The notes below the pieces were generated by a model. That model had not been told where the DNA came from, made no database searches, and saw nothing but the letters and a program-made list of their open reading frames with translations. A stretch of 64,000 nucleotides of DNA from Pelagibacteraceae bacterium. Its GTDB lineage: Bacteria; Pseudomonadota; Alphaproteobacteria; Pelagibacterales; Pelagibacteraceae. Positions 9,810 through 21,529 of this stretch are shown piece by piece (position 1 is the first letter of the stretch; each line of letters starts with the position of its first letter). Location of the stretch: assembly GCA_016777565.1 (NCBI GenBank), contig JADHRF010000001.1, positions 26,406 to 90,405 of the forward strand. The letters are read 5' to 3'. Both the position numbers and the translations under genes were made by a program.

Positions 9810-11098
9810 ATCTTAAAAGGATCTTCGATTAATATGGTGTCTTCCCGCTCAGGGCTCGTAGAGATGCTTGAAACTTTGCAGCCTATAAAATCCTCTAAAG
9901 CGTGAATATAAATTTTTGCTTTTTCCGGGAGTTCTTCCATGTTTCTAATTCCTTGGGTAGAACTTTTCCAACCAGGAAAAGTTTTGTAAATAGGTTTTAT
10001 ATTAAACTGATCTTCTGAGGCAGCCGGTAAATAGTCTATTTTTTTACCATTTAGTTCATACTCAATACAAACTTTTATTTCGTCTAATTCATCTAATACG
10101 TCAAGTTTTGTTAAGGCAATACCAGTAATTCCTGATAATTTTATTGTTTGTCTAACTAAAACTCCGTCAAACCAACCACATCTTCTTTTTCTAGCGGTAA
10201 CTGTTCCAAATTCTTTTCCTCTCTTACCTAAACTTTCTCCTATTTTATCAAAAAGTTCTGTTGGAAAAGGACCGCTACCAACACGAGTTGTATAGGCTTT
10301 AGTAATTCCTAAGACATAACCAATCGTATTTGGGCCACATCCAGTTCCCGTAGCTGCCATAGCTGGGACTGTATTAGAAGAAGTTACAAATGGATAAGTG
10401 CCATGATCAACATCTAGCAGTATACCTTGAGCACCCTCAAATAATATCTTTTTTCTTTTCTTTCTATATTCATCTATTTTTGACCAAACTGGCTGAGCGA
10501 ATTTTAAAACTTGCGGTGCGATCTTTAATAAATCTTTCTTAAGATCGTCTTTTTTATAAATTTTCTTTTTTAGTCCTTTTCTAATGGCGTTATGATGCAA
10601 TAAAACATTTTTTAATCTGGCGTCTAAATTGCTTTCAGATCGTAAGTCCATCACACGAATAGAACGTCTACCTACTTTATCTTCATAACAAGGCCCAATA
10701 CCTCTTCTGGTAGTTCCTATTTTTCCTTTGCCGGCCGCATCTTCTCTTATTTCATCCATCTCTCTATGAAAAGGAAGAATTAAAGAAGCTGTTTCTGAAA
10801 TCATAAAATTTTCAGGTGTAACATTGACGTTCTGTTTCTTAATTTCTTTTATCTCATCAAGCAATGCCCATGGATCAATTACAACACCATTGCCCAAAAT
10901 AGAAATTTTACCTGCTCGAACTATACCTGAGGGCAGCAATCTTAATTTAAAAACTTTTTTGTCAATAACTAAAGTATGTCCAGCATTGTGTCCACCTTGG
11001 AAGCGAATAACAACGTCTGCTTGATCTGATAACCAATCAACAATTTTACCTTTACCTTCGTCTCCCCATTGAGACCCTACTACTACCACGTTTCTCAT
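9806..11098 (-). CDS. purA: Adenylosuccinate synthetase
   Basis: [38 protein letters not shown]. Confidence 0.98.
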   Translation of the reverse strand: MRNVVVVGSQWGDEGKGKIVDWLSDQADVVIRFQGGHNAGHTLVIDKKVFKLRLLPSGIVRAGKISILGNGVVIDPWALLDEIKEIKKQNVNVTPENFMISETASLILPFHREMDEIREDAAGKGKIGTTRRGIGPCYEDKVGRRSIRVMDLRSESNLDARLKNVLLHHNAIRKGLKKKIYKKDDLKKDLLKIAPQVLKFAQPVWSKIDEYRKKRKKILFEGAQGILLDVDHGTYPFVTSSNTVPAMAATGTGCGPNTIGYVLGITKAYTTRVGSGPFPTELFDKIGESLGKRGKEFGTVTARKRRCGWFDGVLVRQTIKLSGITGIALTKLDVLDELDEIKVCIEYELNGKKIDYLPAASEDQFNIKPIYKTFPGWKSSTQGIRNMEELPEKAKIYIHALEDFIGCKVSSISTSPEREDTILIEDPFKI

Positions 11099-11910
11099 TA
11101 TTTATATTTTTTTTTAATAATTAACGAATTTAAATGATTAACTGGACCATGGCCTTTTCCATAATTAAGGTTAGATCCTATTGCTTCGTTAACATATTTA
11201 ATTCCAAGCTCACAGGAATTATTTAAAAGTTTTCCACATGACAAAAAGGTGGCTATAGCGCTTGATAAAGTACATCCTGTACCATGAGTATTTTTAGTTG
11301 AAAATTTTTTACTTTTAAAAACTTTAATTGTTTTTTTATTAACTAAAATATCTTGCATAAATTTTGATTTGAGATGGCCACCTTTAATTAAAACATTTTT
11401 TGCTCCAAGTTTAACTAAAATGTGAGCTGCTCTAATCATATCTTTAGAATTTTTAATTTTTACTTTAGTTAAAACTTCTGCTTCTGGAATATTTGGTGTG
11501 ATCAAAAATGCTCTTTTAATTAAGCTCTTTTTTAGAATATGAATAGCACTATCATTTATTAACTTAGCGCCGCCTTTTGCAATCATAACAGGGTCTAGAA
11601 CTATTTTAGAAACTTTTACTTTCTCAAGAGCCAAGATAACTGCTTTAATGACACTCGATGAATGAAGCATTCCAATTTTTATGGCATCAGGCCTTATATC
11701 CTTACAGGTAAAAACTATTTGTTTAAAAATTTCTTTTGGGTTTATGCTCACAATTGAATTTACTCCTGTCGTGTTTTGAGCGGTGACTGCAGTAATAGCT
11801 GTCATAGCATAAGAGCCCAGCGAGGTAACTGTTTTAATGTCAGCTTGTATTCCTGCACCACCAGATGAGTCTGAGCCTGCTATGATTAATACTTTAGATT
11901 TAGATTTCAA
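11098..11910 (-). CDS. thiD: Hydroxymethylpyrimidine/phosphomethylpyrimidine kinase
   Basis: [39 protein letters not shown]. Confidence 0.96.
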   Translation of the reverse strand: MKSKSKVLIIAGSDSSGGAGIQADIKTVTSLGSYAMTAITAVTAQNTTGVNSIVSINPKEIFKQIVFTCKDIRPDAIKIGMLHSSSVIKAVILALEKVKVSKIVLDPVMIAKGGAKLINDSAIHILKKSLIKRAFLITPNIPEAEVLTKVKIKNSKDMIRAAHILVKLGAKNVLIKGGHLKSKFMQDILVNKKTIKVFKSKKFSTKNTHGTGCTLSSAIATFLSCGKLLNNSCELGIKYVNEAIGSNLNYGKGHGPVNHLNSLIIKKKYK

Positions 11911-11911
11911 A

Positions 11912-13243
11912 TTATTTTATCGATTGTTTTATTGTTTGAATACACTTTCGTAAAAGATGTTTATTTTTTGATTCACCCATAATTCTTACTTTGGGCTCTG
12001 TTCCAGATTTTCTCACTAATAATCTTCCTTGATTTTTAATTAATTTTTCTGCTTTTTTAATAGCTTGTTTAGTCCTCAGACAAGAAATTATATTTTTATT
12101 TTTTACCGTAACATTTTCTAGTATCTGAGGAATAGATTCAAAAACATTGAACTCGTCACTTGCTTTTTTGCCTTTTCTTAAGGAGTATAAAATCTCTAAA
12201 GCTACTAATAAACCATCACCTGTTGTTGCAAATTTTCCTAAGATTATATGACCAGACTGCTCACCGCCTAAATTATATTTATAAGACTTCATTTTTTCTT
12301 TGACATACCTGTCACCTACATTAGCCCTTATAAATTTAATATTTTCAGATTTAAGGAAGTTTTCTAATCCGTAATTAGACATTAATGTACCTACCACTCC
12401 GCCTTTTAATAATTTCTTAGCTTTCCATCTTTTGGCTAACATAGCAATGATTTGATCTCCATCAATAATTTTTCCTTTTTCATCACATAAAATTATTCGA
12501 TCTGCGTCGCCGTCTAGCGCAATACCAATATTTGCTTTATATTTTTTAACTGCTCTACTAATATTGTCTGGATAAGTTGATCCGCATCTATCATTAATAT
12601 TAAGTCCGTTAGGTTTTACACCAATAGAAATTACTTTCGCACCAAGAGAAGAAAAAAGTTTTGGTCCAGCTTTATAACCGGCGCCATTGGCACAATCTAG
12701 AACGATCTTCATTCCCTTGAGGTTAAAGCTTTTTTTAAAGTTTCTTTTTAAAATTTTAATATAATTTTCATTTGCATCTTCTAATCGTTTTACTCGACCC
12801 AGTGTGTTAGGATTTGAAAGATATATTGATGTTTGAGAGTCAATTATTTTTTCAATTTTCTTTTCTATTTTATCTGATAATTTTAGACCATCTGGTGCAA
12901 ATAATTTAAGACCATTATCATAATAAGGATTATGTGAAGCTGTAATCATGATGCCCATATTGGCTTTCATTTTTTTTGTTAGCATGGCTAGACCATTAGT
13001 AGGTAAAGGTCCTAAGGTAAAAACATGCATTCCTGCAGAAGCCAACCCCGACACAAGTGCTGGTTCTAAAGTGTAGCCAGATAATCTGGTATCTTTTGCA
13101 ATAATTGCAGTTTGTTTACTTTTTTTTTGATTTATAAAATAAGTTCCTGCAGCCAATCCGAATTTAAAAAATCTTTCTCCATTGATATGTCCTTGATTAA
13201 CTGTGCCTCGTATCCCATCTGTCCCAAAATATTTTTTTACCAT
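11912..13243 (-). CDS. glmM: Phosphoglucosamine mutase
   Basis: FGTDGIRG, ITASHNP, DGDADR, GGEQSGH, RKSGTEP. Confidence 0.97.
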   Translation of the reverse strand: MVKKYFGTDGIRGTVNQGHINGERFFKFGLAAGTYFINQKKSKQTAIIAKDTRLSGYTLEPALVSGLASAGMHVFTLGPLPTNGLAMLTKKMKANMGIMITASHNPYYDNGLKLFAPDGLKLSDKIEKKIEKIIDSQTSIYLSNPNTLGRVKRLEDANENYIKILKRNFKKSFNLKGMKIVLDCANGAGYKAGPKLFSSLGAKVISIGVKPNGLNINDRCGSTYPDNISRAVKKYKANIGIALDGDADRIILCDEKGKIIDGDQIIAMLAKRWKAKKLLKGGVVGTLMSNYGLENFLKSENIKFIRANVGDRYVKEKMKSYKYNLGGEQSGHIILGKFATTGDGLLVALEILYSLRKGKKASDEFNVFESIPQILENVTVKNKNIISCLRTKQAIKKAEKLIKNQGRLLVRKSGTEPKVRIMGESKNKHLLRKCIQTIKQSIK

Positions 13244-14304
13244 TAAATAGAGATTATTTTTTTAAAAACCAATATAGCTTGTTTAACTTCATGAACATTG
13301 TGTACTCTAAATATTTGTACGCCTTGTGATAAGGTATATAAAACAGAAGCTAGGGTTCCGCCAATCCTTTCTTTGCTATCAAAAGATCCAGAAATTTGAT
13401 TAATAAATCTTTTTCTAGAAGTCCCTATTAGCAAAGGAAATCCAAGGGAATGAAATAATGAAATTTTATTCATCAATATCAAATTATGTTTCAAATTTTT
13501 TCCAAATCCTATACCAGGATCAATAATAAATTTTTTATATCTAAATTTTTTAAAATCTTTTTTTAATTTTTTTTCAAAAAAATCGTAAAGATCTAATAAA
13601 ACATCCTTATACTTAGGGTTTATTTGCATAGTATTCGGGGTTCCTTGCATATGATGTAATACTTTCCAAACATTGAATTTTTTTATTTTATCAATGGCAT
13701 TTATATCGTAATTAAAAGATGAAACATCATTGATTATATCCGATTTATTCTCAATAGCTTTGAGCATTACCCCAGACTTACGGGTATCAATAGACAAAAA
13801 TATTTTAGGATATTTTTTTTTAAATTTAGTGATTACACTCTTTAATCTTTTCCATTCTATGTGAAGTGGAATATCTTTTGACCCAGGTCTTGTAGACTCT
13901 CCTCCGACATCAATAATATTTGCTCCTTTGTTAATCATGTTTTGAATATGTGAGAAAGCTTTATATGATTGATTAAATAAACCGCCATCAGAAAAACTAT
14001 CAGGGGTTAAATTTAATATTCCCATTATTAATGGATCGGAAAATTTTAAATTTTTATTTAAATTTGATCTTTTAGTAACAATTTTTTTTATATCATCTTG
14101 AACAATATGTTTTACAACTTTGTTCAATAAATTAATTTTTTTTATATGAATGACTTTACTTTTATTTTTTCTCGATAAAATTTCGATATGATCAAAAGCT
14201 AAACTTTTATTTCCGCAAAGAGGAAGAGCTAATTTTTTTTCAATGAAGTTTTGAGCTTTTGTTCCATAATAAAAATTACACGCACGAGTGTAATATTTTC
14301 TCAT
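13243..14304 (-). CDS. folP: Dihydropteroate synthase with N-terminal extension
   Basis: MGILNLTPDSFSDGG, DVGGESTRPG, DPGIGFGK, SRKRF, RVHNV; ftsH-folP-glmM synteny. Confidence 0.96.
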   Translation of the reverse strand: MRKYYTRACNFYYGTKAQNFIEKKLALPLCGNKSLAFDHIEILSRKNKSKVIHIKKINLLNKVVKHIVQDDIKKIVTKRSNLNKNLKFSDPLIMGILNLTPDSFSDGGLFNQSYKAFSHIQNMINKGANIIDVGGESTRPGSKDIPLHIEWKRLKSVITKFKKKYPKIFLSIDTRKSGVMLKAIENKSDIINDVSSFNYDINAIDKIKKFNVWKVLHHMQGTPNTMQINPKYKDVLLDLYDFFEKKLKKDFKKFRYKKFIIDPGIGFGKNLKHNLILMNKISLFHSLGFPLLIGTSRKRFINQISGSFDSKERIGGTLASVLYTLSQGVQIFRVHNVHEVKQAILVFKKIISI

Positions 14305-14314
14305 GAATTTCTAT

Positions 14315-16222
14315 TTAAAGTGCTGGCTTTGGTTTTAGGCCTAGAGAACCCAGAGCAGAAGAATTTTTACCGTCTTTTTCTTCTTCTATATCAGTTAGTT
14401 TTTTAGGACTTATATTTTTTAATAATAAATCACTAATTTCATCTCCAGTTAATGTTTCATAAGTCATAAGAGCTTTGGCAATTTTATGCAAATCATCGAC
14501 TTTATCTGTTAAAATTTGTTTAGCTTTATTATAACCTTCATCAACCAATTTTCTAATTTCTTTATCTATTTTTTGAGCAACTTCCTCTGAAACTGACTGA
14601 GTTTGAGTTACTGATCTTCCTAAAAAGACTTCTTCTTGATTCTCTCCGTATTCGACTGGTCCCATTTCTTCACTCATTCCATATTTCGTAACCATAGCTC
14701 TAGCTAATTGAGTGGCTTGATTAATATCTGATCCACTTCCACCACCTGCACCAGTTGAAATATTGTCTTTTCCAAAAATAACTTCTTCTGCAACTCTGCC
14801 TCCAAAACACACTGCTAATCTTGCCTTAAGATATTTTATCGAATGACCGTGTTTATCTCTTTCTGGCAAGTTCATAACCATGCCTAATGCTCTGCCTCTA
14901 GGTATAATTGTAGCTTTATGAATTGGATCATAAACAGGCATATTGAATGATACTAAAGCATGTCCACCCTCATGATAGGCTGTTAATTTTTTTTCATCTT
15001 CAGTCATAACCATAGATCTTCTCTCAGCTCCCATCATAACTTTGTCTTTTGCCTCCTCTACATCTTCCATAGTCACTACTCTTCTATTTTTACGAGCCGC
15101 CAACAATGCTGATTCATTTACTAGGTTAGCTAAATCTGCTCCTGAAAAGCCAGGTGTTCCTCTAGCAATAGTTCTTAGTTTAACATCCGGACCTGCATTA
15201 ATTTTTTTAATGTGTACTTTTAAAATTGCTTCTCTACCAAGAATATCTGGATTTCCGACAACTACTTGCCTGTCAAATCTGCCAGGTCTTAACAAAGCTG
15301 GGTCTAATACATCTGGTCTATTTGTTGCAGCAATTAATATAATGCCTTCGTTAGTATCGAAGCCATCCATCTCAACAAGAAGCTGATTAAGTGTTTGTTC
15401 TCTCTCATCATTACCTCCGCCAAGTCCTGCACCCCTACTTCTACCGACAGCATCAATCTCATCAATAAATATAATACAAGGAGAGTGTTTTTTTCCCTGC
15501 TCGAACATATCTCTAACTCTTGATGCTCCTACACCAACAAACATTTCTACAAAGTCTGATCCAGATATAGAAAAAAATGGAACGTTTGCTTCACCAGCGA
15601 TAGCTTTAGCTAATAAAGTTTTACCTGTTCCTGGTGGTCCAATTAATAAAGCTCCCTTAGGAATTTTTCCACCTAATCTACTAAATTTTTTTGGGTCTTT
15701 TAAAAATTCAACTATTTCTTCAACTTCTTCTTTAGCTTCCTCAACTCCAGCAACATCATTAAACGTAACTTTACCTTGAGCCTCTGTTAAAAGTTTTGCT
15801 TTTGACTTCCCAAATCCCATAGCACCACCTTTACCTCCTTGCATCTGACGCATAAAGAAAATCCATACGCCAATAAGGAGTAACATTGGAAACCAAGATA
15901 ATAATATACCAAGAAGAGATGGCATTTTATCTTCCAGCGGAGAAGCTACTATGTTTACTCCTCTCTCTGATAATTTTTCTACCAAGTTTGGATAATTTGG
16001 AGAGTAGGTTGAAAAAGTTGATCCATTACTTAAAACTCCTGTAATGTTATTTCCCTTAATTTCAACTTTGGTGACGTTACCTAATTCAACCTCAGATAAA
16101 AATTCTGAAAAGGCTACTTTAGTTTTAACTGAACCCATTTCATTTGGATTTTGAAACATGTTAAATAGTCCAACAGATAGAAGAACTATAATTCCCCACA
16201 TAGCTAAGTTTTTTAAATTCAT
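14315..16222 (-). CDS. ftsH: ATP-dependent zinc metalloprotease FtsH
   Basis: Two TM helices, [28 protein letters not shown]. Confidence 0.98.
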   Translation of the reverse strand: MNLKNLAMWGIIVLLSVGLFNMFQNPNEMGSVKTKVAFSEFLSEVELGNVTKVEIKGNNITGVLSNGSTFSTYSPNYPNLVEKLSERGVNIVASPLEDKMPSLLGILLSWFPMLLLIGVWIFFMRQMQGGKGGAMGFGKSKAKLLTEAQGKVTFNDVAGVEEAKEEVEEIVEFLKDPKKFSRLGGKIPKGALLIGPPGTGKTLLAKAIAGEANVPFFSISGSDFVEMFVGVGASRVRDMFEQGKKHSPCIIFIDEIDAVGRSRGAGLGGGNDEREQTLNQLLVEMDGFDTNEGIILIAATNRPDVLDPALLRPGRFDRQVVVGNPDILGREAILKVHIKKINAGPDVKLRTIARGTPGFSGADLANLVNESALLAARKNRRVVTMEDVEEAKDKVMMGAERRSMVMTEDEKKLTAYHEGGHALVSFNMPVYDPIHKATIIPRGRALGMVMNLPERDKHGHSIKYLKARLAVCFGGRVAEEVIFGKDNISTGAGGGSGSDINQATQLARAMVTKYGMSEEMGPVEYGENQEEVFLGRSVTQTQSVSEEVAQKIDKEIRKLVDEGYNKAKQILTDKVDDLHKIAKALMTYETLTGDEISDLLLKNISPKKLTDIEEEKDGKNSSALGSLGLKPKPAL

Positions 16223-16229
16223 AATATAT

Positions 16230-16257
16230 AAATAGGTATTTTTAAATTTTTAACAAG
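16230..16257 (-). promoter_or_regulatory. Sigma-32 (RpoH) promoter of ftsH
   Basis: Minus strand CTTG-ttaaaaatttaaaaata(17)-CCTATTT fits the alphaproteobacterial RpoH consensus CTTG-N17-CYTATNT; ends 7 nt before the ATG. Confidence 0.65.
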
Positions 16258-16316
16258 TATAACTAATTATTATCTACTTTGTAAATGTGGCAAAATCATT
16301 AGTTTTTTAATAAAAT

Positions 16317-17357
16317 TTAAAGTTTTATGGTCTTTTTTAAATTTTCTTTGGAAATCACTAGGTTGTTTTGACGCTTATAAATCACGCAGCCTCCTAAAGT
16401 AGCTTTTAACTCTTGATTAGATTTGATTCTGCTTATCAAAGACAAAACTTTTTTAGCACGTGGTGGATAATAACTTTTTGCAACATGCCTAAGACTGTTA
16501 CTTAGAATCTTTAATTGAATATCAATATTTTCTAATAAAAAAATTTTTAATTTGATTAAAACACTATTTTTTCTTTTTGTTAGGCATTTTTGCTCAATGC
16601 CTTGAATATAAGAATTTAAAGTATCTCTTGTGGCTGCAAGATTGTTAATTGAATTTATAATTCTATCACGCTGAATTCCGTTTTTTTCAAAATGATTAAT
16701 TAAAATTCTAATATTAGTCCTTAAATATTTCTGATTATTATTACTAGGATCTTTGAAGATTTTACCGAAGTATGTTTTTGCTAAAAAAATTAAATCTTTT
16801 TTATTTTCATTCAACAGTGGCCTAAAAAGCTTTGTTCTGTTGTTCAGTTTGTTCATTTTTTTCATTGACGAAAGACCTTCTACGCCACTACCTCTGGATA
16901 ATCTTATTAAGAAAGTCTCGATTTGATCGTCTCTGTGGTGTCCAGTTAAAATAAATTTGATTTTATGCTTTTTACAATAATTTAGTAGTAGTTGATATCG
17001 AATTATCCTTGCTTGACTTTGTATATTTTTATCTATTTTTTTTTTATTTTTTAAAATTTTTAAATTTATTCCCTTTTTTTTTAAAAGTGTTTTTACCGAC
17101 AATGCTTCTTTTGACGAATTTATTCTTATGGCATGATCAACTAAGACATAATAAATTTTATTTTTTTTTTCTTTACTGTAAAAATTACTTAGTGCACATA
17201 ATGCTAAACTATCTGGACCGCCAGAAGTAGCAACCAGAAAGGAATTTTTTTTTATATAAGATATTATTTCAGATTTGAAACTAGAATAAATAGTAGAAAA
17301 ACTTTTATTTTGAACTAAGTTTTTATGTTTTCGAACATTTAAATCTTTTTTGCTCAT
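16317..17357 (-). CDS. tilS: tRNA(Ile)-lysidine synthetase
   Basis: SGGPDSLAL, VDH, AR..RY, GHHRDDQIETF, RPLL, DPSN. Confidence 0.95.
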   Translation of the reverse strand: MSKKDLNVRKHKNLVQNKSFSTIYSSFKSEIISYIKKNSFLVATSGGPDSLALCALSNFYSKEKKNKIYYVLVDHAIRINSSKEALSVKTLLKKKGINLKILKNKKKIDKNIQSQARIIRYQLLLNYCKKHKIKFILTGHHRDDQIETFLIRLSRGSGVEGLSSMKKMNKLNNRTKLFRPLLNENKKDLIFLAKTYFGKIFKDPSNNNQKYLRTNIRILINHFEKNGIQRDRIINSINNLAATRDTLNSYIQGIEQKCLTKRKNSVLIKLKIFLLENIDIQLKILSNSLRHVAKSYYPPRAKKVLSLISRIKSNQELKATLGGCVIYKRQNNLVISKENLKKTIKL

Positions 17358-18309
17358 ACTGAGCTTTTTGTAACACAGACTGAGATGCTTTAGGATATTG
17401 TTTTTTTAATCCTGAAATCATTTTACAGCCTTGATCTTTCTCACCTAACTCAACCATTGTTGAACCAAGTTTTAAAAGATTTTCTGGTGCCTTTTTACTT
17501 TTGGGATAATTTTGATAACCATCTAAATATGCAGTTGCTGCATCTGAATATAGTTGTCTAATTCTAAATGTCTCTCCATACCAGTACTGGGCACTTCCCG
17601 CTAACTCATCTGTTTTATTTTTATCTATAAACTCTCTTAATGCGAGCTCTGCAGTTTCATAGTCTCCTACTTTCATAAAACTTAATGCAAAATCATATTG
17701 TTCTTTGGAAGGTTTATTCGGTAACAAAGAAGTTTCTGGTTTTCTTTCTTCTGTGAACACAGAAGCTGTAGCTTCAACAGATTGAGTGGCTTGTTTAGTT
17801 TCTTTAGAGTCTAAAGAGTATCCTGGAGCTGCGCCAAGATCTTGTGGCTTGTCTGAGCCTGGTAATTTAACTTGTTTTGTTTTTTTTTTACTTTTTTCTT
17901 TAATTTTATTTGACTTTGCAACTTCTGAACTGTCGCCTATCTCTAGATCAGAAAAACGAAGTTGGGTATCAGACTGAATTTTCGTTACTCGATTAGACAG
18001 TTTATCTAATTTAAAGTTAATTTCCTCAAAACGATTAGTTAATAAGCGAAATTGTTCTTCTATCTCATTAAGTTTTAATAGATGTCTAGTTAAAATTTCT
18101 TCATTCAATCCATTTGAAGATAAAGTTTTAGAAGTAATATTTGATGAATTATAAACTGCTTTTTCTAAAGTCTTTATATCTTTAGTTATAATTTGTAACT
18201 GATCAGTTATTGCGTTAATTTTTTTATCTTCAGCAAAAAGATAATTATATGAAAAACACAATAAAAATAGATGTACAAAAAAAATTTTGAGATTATTATT
18301 TTGATTCAT
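17323..18309 (-). CDS. cpoB: Tol-Pal system protein CpoB/YbgF
   Basis: Signal peptide, coiled coil, TPR region (AQYWYGE, YPKSKKAPENLLKLG); between pal and tilS. Confidence 0.92.
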   Translation of the reverse strand: MNQNNNLKIFFVHLFLLCFSYNYLFAEDKKINAITDQLQIITKDIKTLEKAVYNSSNITSKTLSSNGLNEEILTRHLLKLNEIEEQFRLLTNRFEEINFKLDKLSNRVTKIQSDTQLRFSDLEIGDSSEVAKSNKIKEKSKKKTKQVKLPGSDKPQDLGAAPGYSLDSKETKQATQSVEATASVFTEERKPETSLLPNKPSKEQYDFALSFMKVGDYETAELALREFIDKNKTDELAGSAQYWYGETFRIRQLYSDAATAYLDGYQNYPKSKKAPENLLKLGSTMVELGEKDQGCKMISGLKKQYPKASQSVLQKAQYEQKRFKCSKT

Positions 18310-18339
18310 TCTCCACTAAAACTATTTATATATCGTGGC

Positions 18340-18375
18340 AAAAAAAAGACCCCAAGACTTTTAAGTCATGGGGTC
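18340..18375 (-). terminator. Rho-independent terminator after pal
   Basis: Minus strand GACCCCATGACTT-AA-AAGTCTTGGGGTC hairpin followed by T8. Confidence 0.8.
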
Positions 18376-18398
18376 CAATATTTTTAAATAAACTAATG

Positions 18399-18875
18399 TT
18401 ATTTTGCTTTAATAGTTACTGCTCTTCTATTTTGTGACCAAGCTAATGGTGTCGAAGCTGAGTTAACTGGCTTTTCTTTACCATAACTAATTACAGAAAT
18501 TCTTTTACCTGAAATTCCGTAGGTTAATAAATAATCTCTAGCGGCGTTTGCTCTTTTTTCCCCTAGAGCTAAATTGTATTCTCTAGTTCCTCTTTCATCT
18601 GCATGACCCTCAAGTACTACATTAAGATTTTTATTCTTTCTTAAGTAGGTTGCTTGCTTTCTTAAAGTGTCTCTAGAGGCAGTTGTTAGTTGAGAACTGT
18701 TAGTTGCAAAAAACACTCTGTCTTTTACACCTGTTGCTAAATATTTAACTGTATCAGTTCCAGTATAAACATCTCCTGAACCAACACCTGATTTTTTAGC
18801 AGTTGAACATGCGCTTAATACCAATGTTGACAGTAATACGATTAATAAATTTTTGATTATATTGTTAAATTTCAT
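18399..18875 (-). CDS. pal: Peptidoglycan-associated lipoprotein
   Basis: Lipobox LSAC, GHADERGTREYNLALGEKRA, SYGKEKP, NRRA. Confidence 0.97.
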   Translation of the reverse strand: MKFNNIIKNLLIVLLSTLVLSACSTAKKSGVGSGDVYTGTDTVKYLATGVKDRVFFATNSSQLTTASRDTLRKQATYLRKNKNLNVVLEGHADERGTREYNLALGEKRANAARDYLLTYGISGKRISVISYGKEKPVNSASTPLAWSQNRRAVTIKAK

Positions 18876-18953
18876 TTTTTCCCCTTTTGTGGTTGAATTG
18901 GTTATTTCAAATTTTAATTGTTAATTCAAGCGTTAATTACATAAAAAAGCTCC

Positions 18954-20294
18954 TTATTTTGACAATAAAGAAGACCATGATGGGTCTGAAGCATCTGTCT
19001 CTGTTTTGAGTTGTCTTTCATTATATCCTGTAATATCGATAGACCATAATTTTGCGGTAAAACCTTCGCCTTTCTTTCCAGATTTTGTTTCTCTGTAAAA
19101 AACTAACAGTCTTCCATTTGGAGACCACGAGGGAGCTTCTTGGTAGAAGTTTTCTGTAAGTAGTCTTTCGCCAGTTCCGTCTGCTCTCATTACCCCAATA
19201 TAAAATTTTGAATTTCTAACTTTAGTAAAAGCTATAAGATCTCCTCGAGGTGACCAAACAGGCGTTCCATAGATACCTTTTCCAAAACTAATTCTTTTAA
19301 CACCAGTACCATCACTCTTCATTGTGTAGATTTGTTGAAGGCCACTTCTGTCAGAGTTAAAACAAATATATTTTCCATCAGGGGAATAAGATGGAGATGT
19401 ATCAATTGAAGAGTCCTGGGTAAGTCTTTCAACTAACCTGGACTCTATATCCATAGTATAAATATCTGAGTTTCCATCTTTAGCAAAACTCATAATTATT
19501 TTTTTCCCATCAGGAGAAAATCTTGGGGCGAATGTCATTCCTGGAAAATTTCCAACAACTTCCTGTATTCCGGTCTCTATGTCTAACAAATAAACCCTTG
19601 GAAGATTTCTAAAGTACGAAAGGTATGTAACTAATTGGTTAGTAGGATTGAATCTTGGTGTTAAAACTAATTCATTTCCTAACGTTAAATATTTAGTATT
19701 TGCACCATCTTGGTCCATGATAGCTAACTTTTTAACTCTCTGGGTTTTATCTCCTGCTTCACTAACATAAATTATTCTTGTATCAAAATAACCTGTCTCT
19801 CCTGTAAGTCTCTCATAAATTTTATCTGAAATAATGTGTGCTACTCTTCTCCAATTTGAAGGAGTAGTTGTAAATGCTAGGGCAATCATTTCTTTGTTAG
19901 CCGCAACATCCCAAAGTCTAAATTCTACTTTAAGTTTTTCATCTTTAATGAAAATCTTACCTGTAACCAATGCTTGGGCAGTTATTAGGCTCCAGTCTTC
20001 AAATCTTGGTTTTAAATGGGCAATGTCAGGTTTCTGTACAAATGCATCTTTACTTAACGGATTAAATAAACCTGTCGATCTAAAATTGTTCTCAACAACT
20101 GAGGAAATAAGATCCCCTAACCCTTTTACTTTATTGTCCTGATAATTATCAGATTGAACATCAACATGAAGTGGAGAAACAGCTATTGGTAAAGGATCTA
20201 AATTACCTCTGGTAATATCTACTTCAATTAAACTAAAGGCATAATTAAATTTAAATAAAGTAATTATTAAAATATAAAATATTTTTTTTATCAA
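18954..20294 (-). CDS. tolB: Tol-Pal beta-propeller protein TolB
   Basis: TolB N-domain, PD40 repeats (SPDGK, WSPRGD, WSPNG), FDTRI.YV. Confidence 0.96.
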   Translation of the reverse strand: MIKKIFYILIITLFKFNYAFSLIEVDITRGNLDPLPIAVSPLHVDVQSDNYQDNKVKGLGDLISSVVENNFRSTGLFNPLSKDAFVQKPDIAHLKPRFEDWSLITAQALVTGKIFIKDEKLKVEFRLWDVAANKEMIALAFTTTPSNWRRVAHIISDKIYERLTGETGYFDTRIIYVSEAGDKTQRVKKLAIMDQDGANTKYLTLGNELVLTPRFNPTNQLVTYLSYFRNLPRVYLLDIETGIQEVVGNFPGMTFAPRFSPDGKKIIMSFAKDGNSDIYTMDIESRLVERLTQDSSIDTSPSYSPDGKYICFNSDRSGLQQIYTMKSDGTGVKRISFGKGIYGTPVWSPRGDLIAFTKVRNSKFYIGVMRADGTGERLLTENFYQEAPSWSPNGRLLVFYRETKSGKKGEGFTAKLWSIDITGYNERQLKTETDASDPSWSSLLSK

Positions 20295-20298
20295 ATTA

Positions 20299-21105
20299 TT
20301 ATCCTTTTAGCATTTCAGTTGGATTAAAGTTTAGTTGAATATTCTTCCACTTTTCATAACCTGTTTGAGGTACTCTAAGAGGTTGACAAATTCTAACTGC
20401 TCTTAATGCACTTTCAGCTAAAATTTTATAGAATTTTTGTCCTGGTCTATTCATTCTTTCATGATCTAAAATTTCAGATTTTCTTATAGTGCCATCTTGT
20501 TTTAACTCTAGTTTAATTCTAACTAAAAGATTATCATCATAAGGTAAACCTAAAGGTACTGTCCAACAACCAAATATTTGAGCCCTCAAGGCGTCCTCTT
20601 CGGAGAGTGTTAGTCCTGTGGCAAATGAATTTTTAGCACTACTTTGTGTTAGTTTATTCTCTTTTTTTTCAACTTTTGCACTTTCTTCTTTTGCTTTATC
20701 AATCAGAGCAGCTATTTGGTTTGTGTCAATAATCTCTTTTTTTTCAAATTCAGAAGCTTGTCTTATCTCAGGTTTAACTTCTTTTGGATTTTGTTTTTTT
20801 TTAATTATTTCTTTTTTTTCATCCTCTTTTTTAGGCAATGGAATTCGATCTGGTTTTTCTTTAGCTTTTGCAGCTGGAGGCGCTTGCTCTGATACTACTC
20901 TTTTTTCTTCTTCTTTTACTTTTTCGATAACTTTTCGAGCCTTTGGGGCAAAAGGTATATTTGTCTTGTCGGAAATTTGAATTAGCTCAACTGATATAAT
21001 TGGTGGGAGATCAACTGGCTGCCTAGTCATGAATGGTAAACTTAATATAGTTAATAAAATCATAACCGCATGAAAAGATAATGAATAAATTAAACTTCGT
21101 GTCAT
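20299..21105 (-). CDS. tolA: TolA-like cell envelope integrity protein
   Basis: N-terminal anchor SLSFH, K/E-rich linker, C-domain QIFGCW...[12 protein letters not shown]; position in tol operon. Confidence 0.88.
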   Translation of the reverse strand: MTRSLIYSLSFHAVMILLTILSLPFMTRQPVDLPPIISVELIQISDKTNIPFAPKARKVIEKVKEEEKRVVSEQAPPAAKAKEKPDRIPLPKKEDEKKEIIKKKQNPKEVKPEIRQASEFEKKEIIDTNQIAALIDKAKEESAKVEKKENKLTQSSAKNSFATGLTLSEEDALRAQIFGCWTVPLGLPYDDNLLVRIKLELKQDGTIRKSEILDHERMNRPGQKFYKILAESALRAVRICQPLRVPQTGYEKWKNIQLNFNPTEMLKG

Positions 21106-21112
21106 TTTTCAT

Positions 21113-21526
21113 TTAATTCTTATATGGCTCTGAAATAAGTGCCACTTTAGAAAATCCAGCCCCCGATAAAGTTCCCATAATTTCTAAAACTCTTCCGTAA
21201 TTGATATTTTTATCGCCTCTTACATAAATTCTTGTATCTGTTCTATTTTTGGCAATAGCCAGTAACTTAGGAATTATTTTTTCAGAGGAAACTTGGCTCT
21301 CTTGTATAAAAATTTCTCCCTTAGAATTTATAGAGACTGTTAAAGGCTCTTGGTCATCTGGCAGAGAGTCTGCGGCAGACTCGGGTAAATCTACTTGAAC
21401 GCCCACAGTAAGTAAAGGTGCTGTAACCATAAAAATAATCAACAAAACTAACATTACATCTACGAATGGAGTAACATTGATTTCACTCATTGGTTCATTC
21501 CTAGAGCGTTTAAAGTTAAAAGCCAT
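21113..21526 (-). CDS. tolR: TolR
   Basis: EINVTPFVDVMLVLLIIFMVTAP, RGDK..YG. Confidence 0.96.
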   Translation of the reverse strand: MAFNFKRSRNEPMSEINVTPFVDVMLVLLIIFMVTAPLLTVGVQVDLPESAADSLPDDQEPLTVSINSKGEIFIQESQVSSEKIIPKLLAIAKNRTDTRIYVRGDKNINYGRVLEIMGTLSGAGFSKVALISEPYKN

Positions 21527-21529
21527 AAT

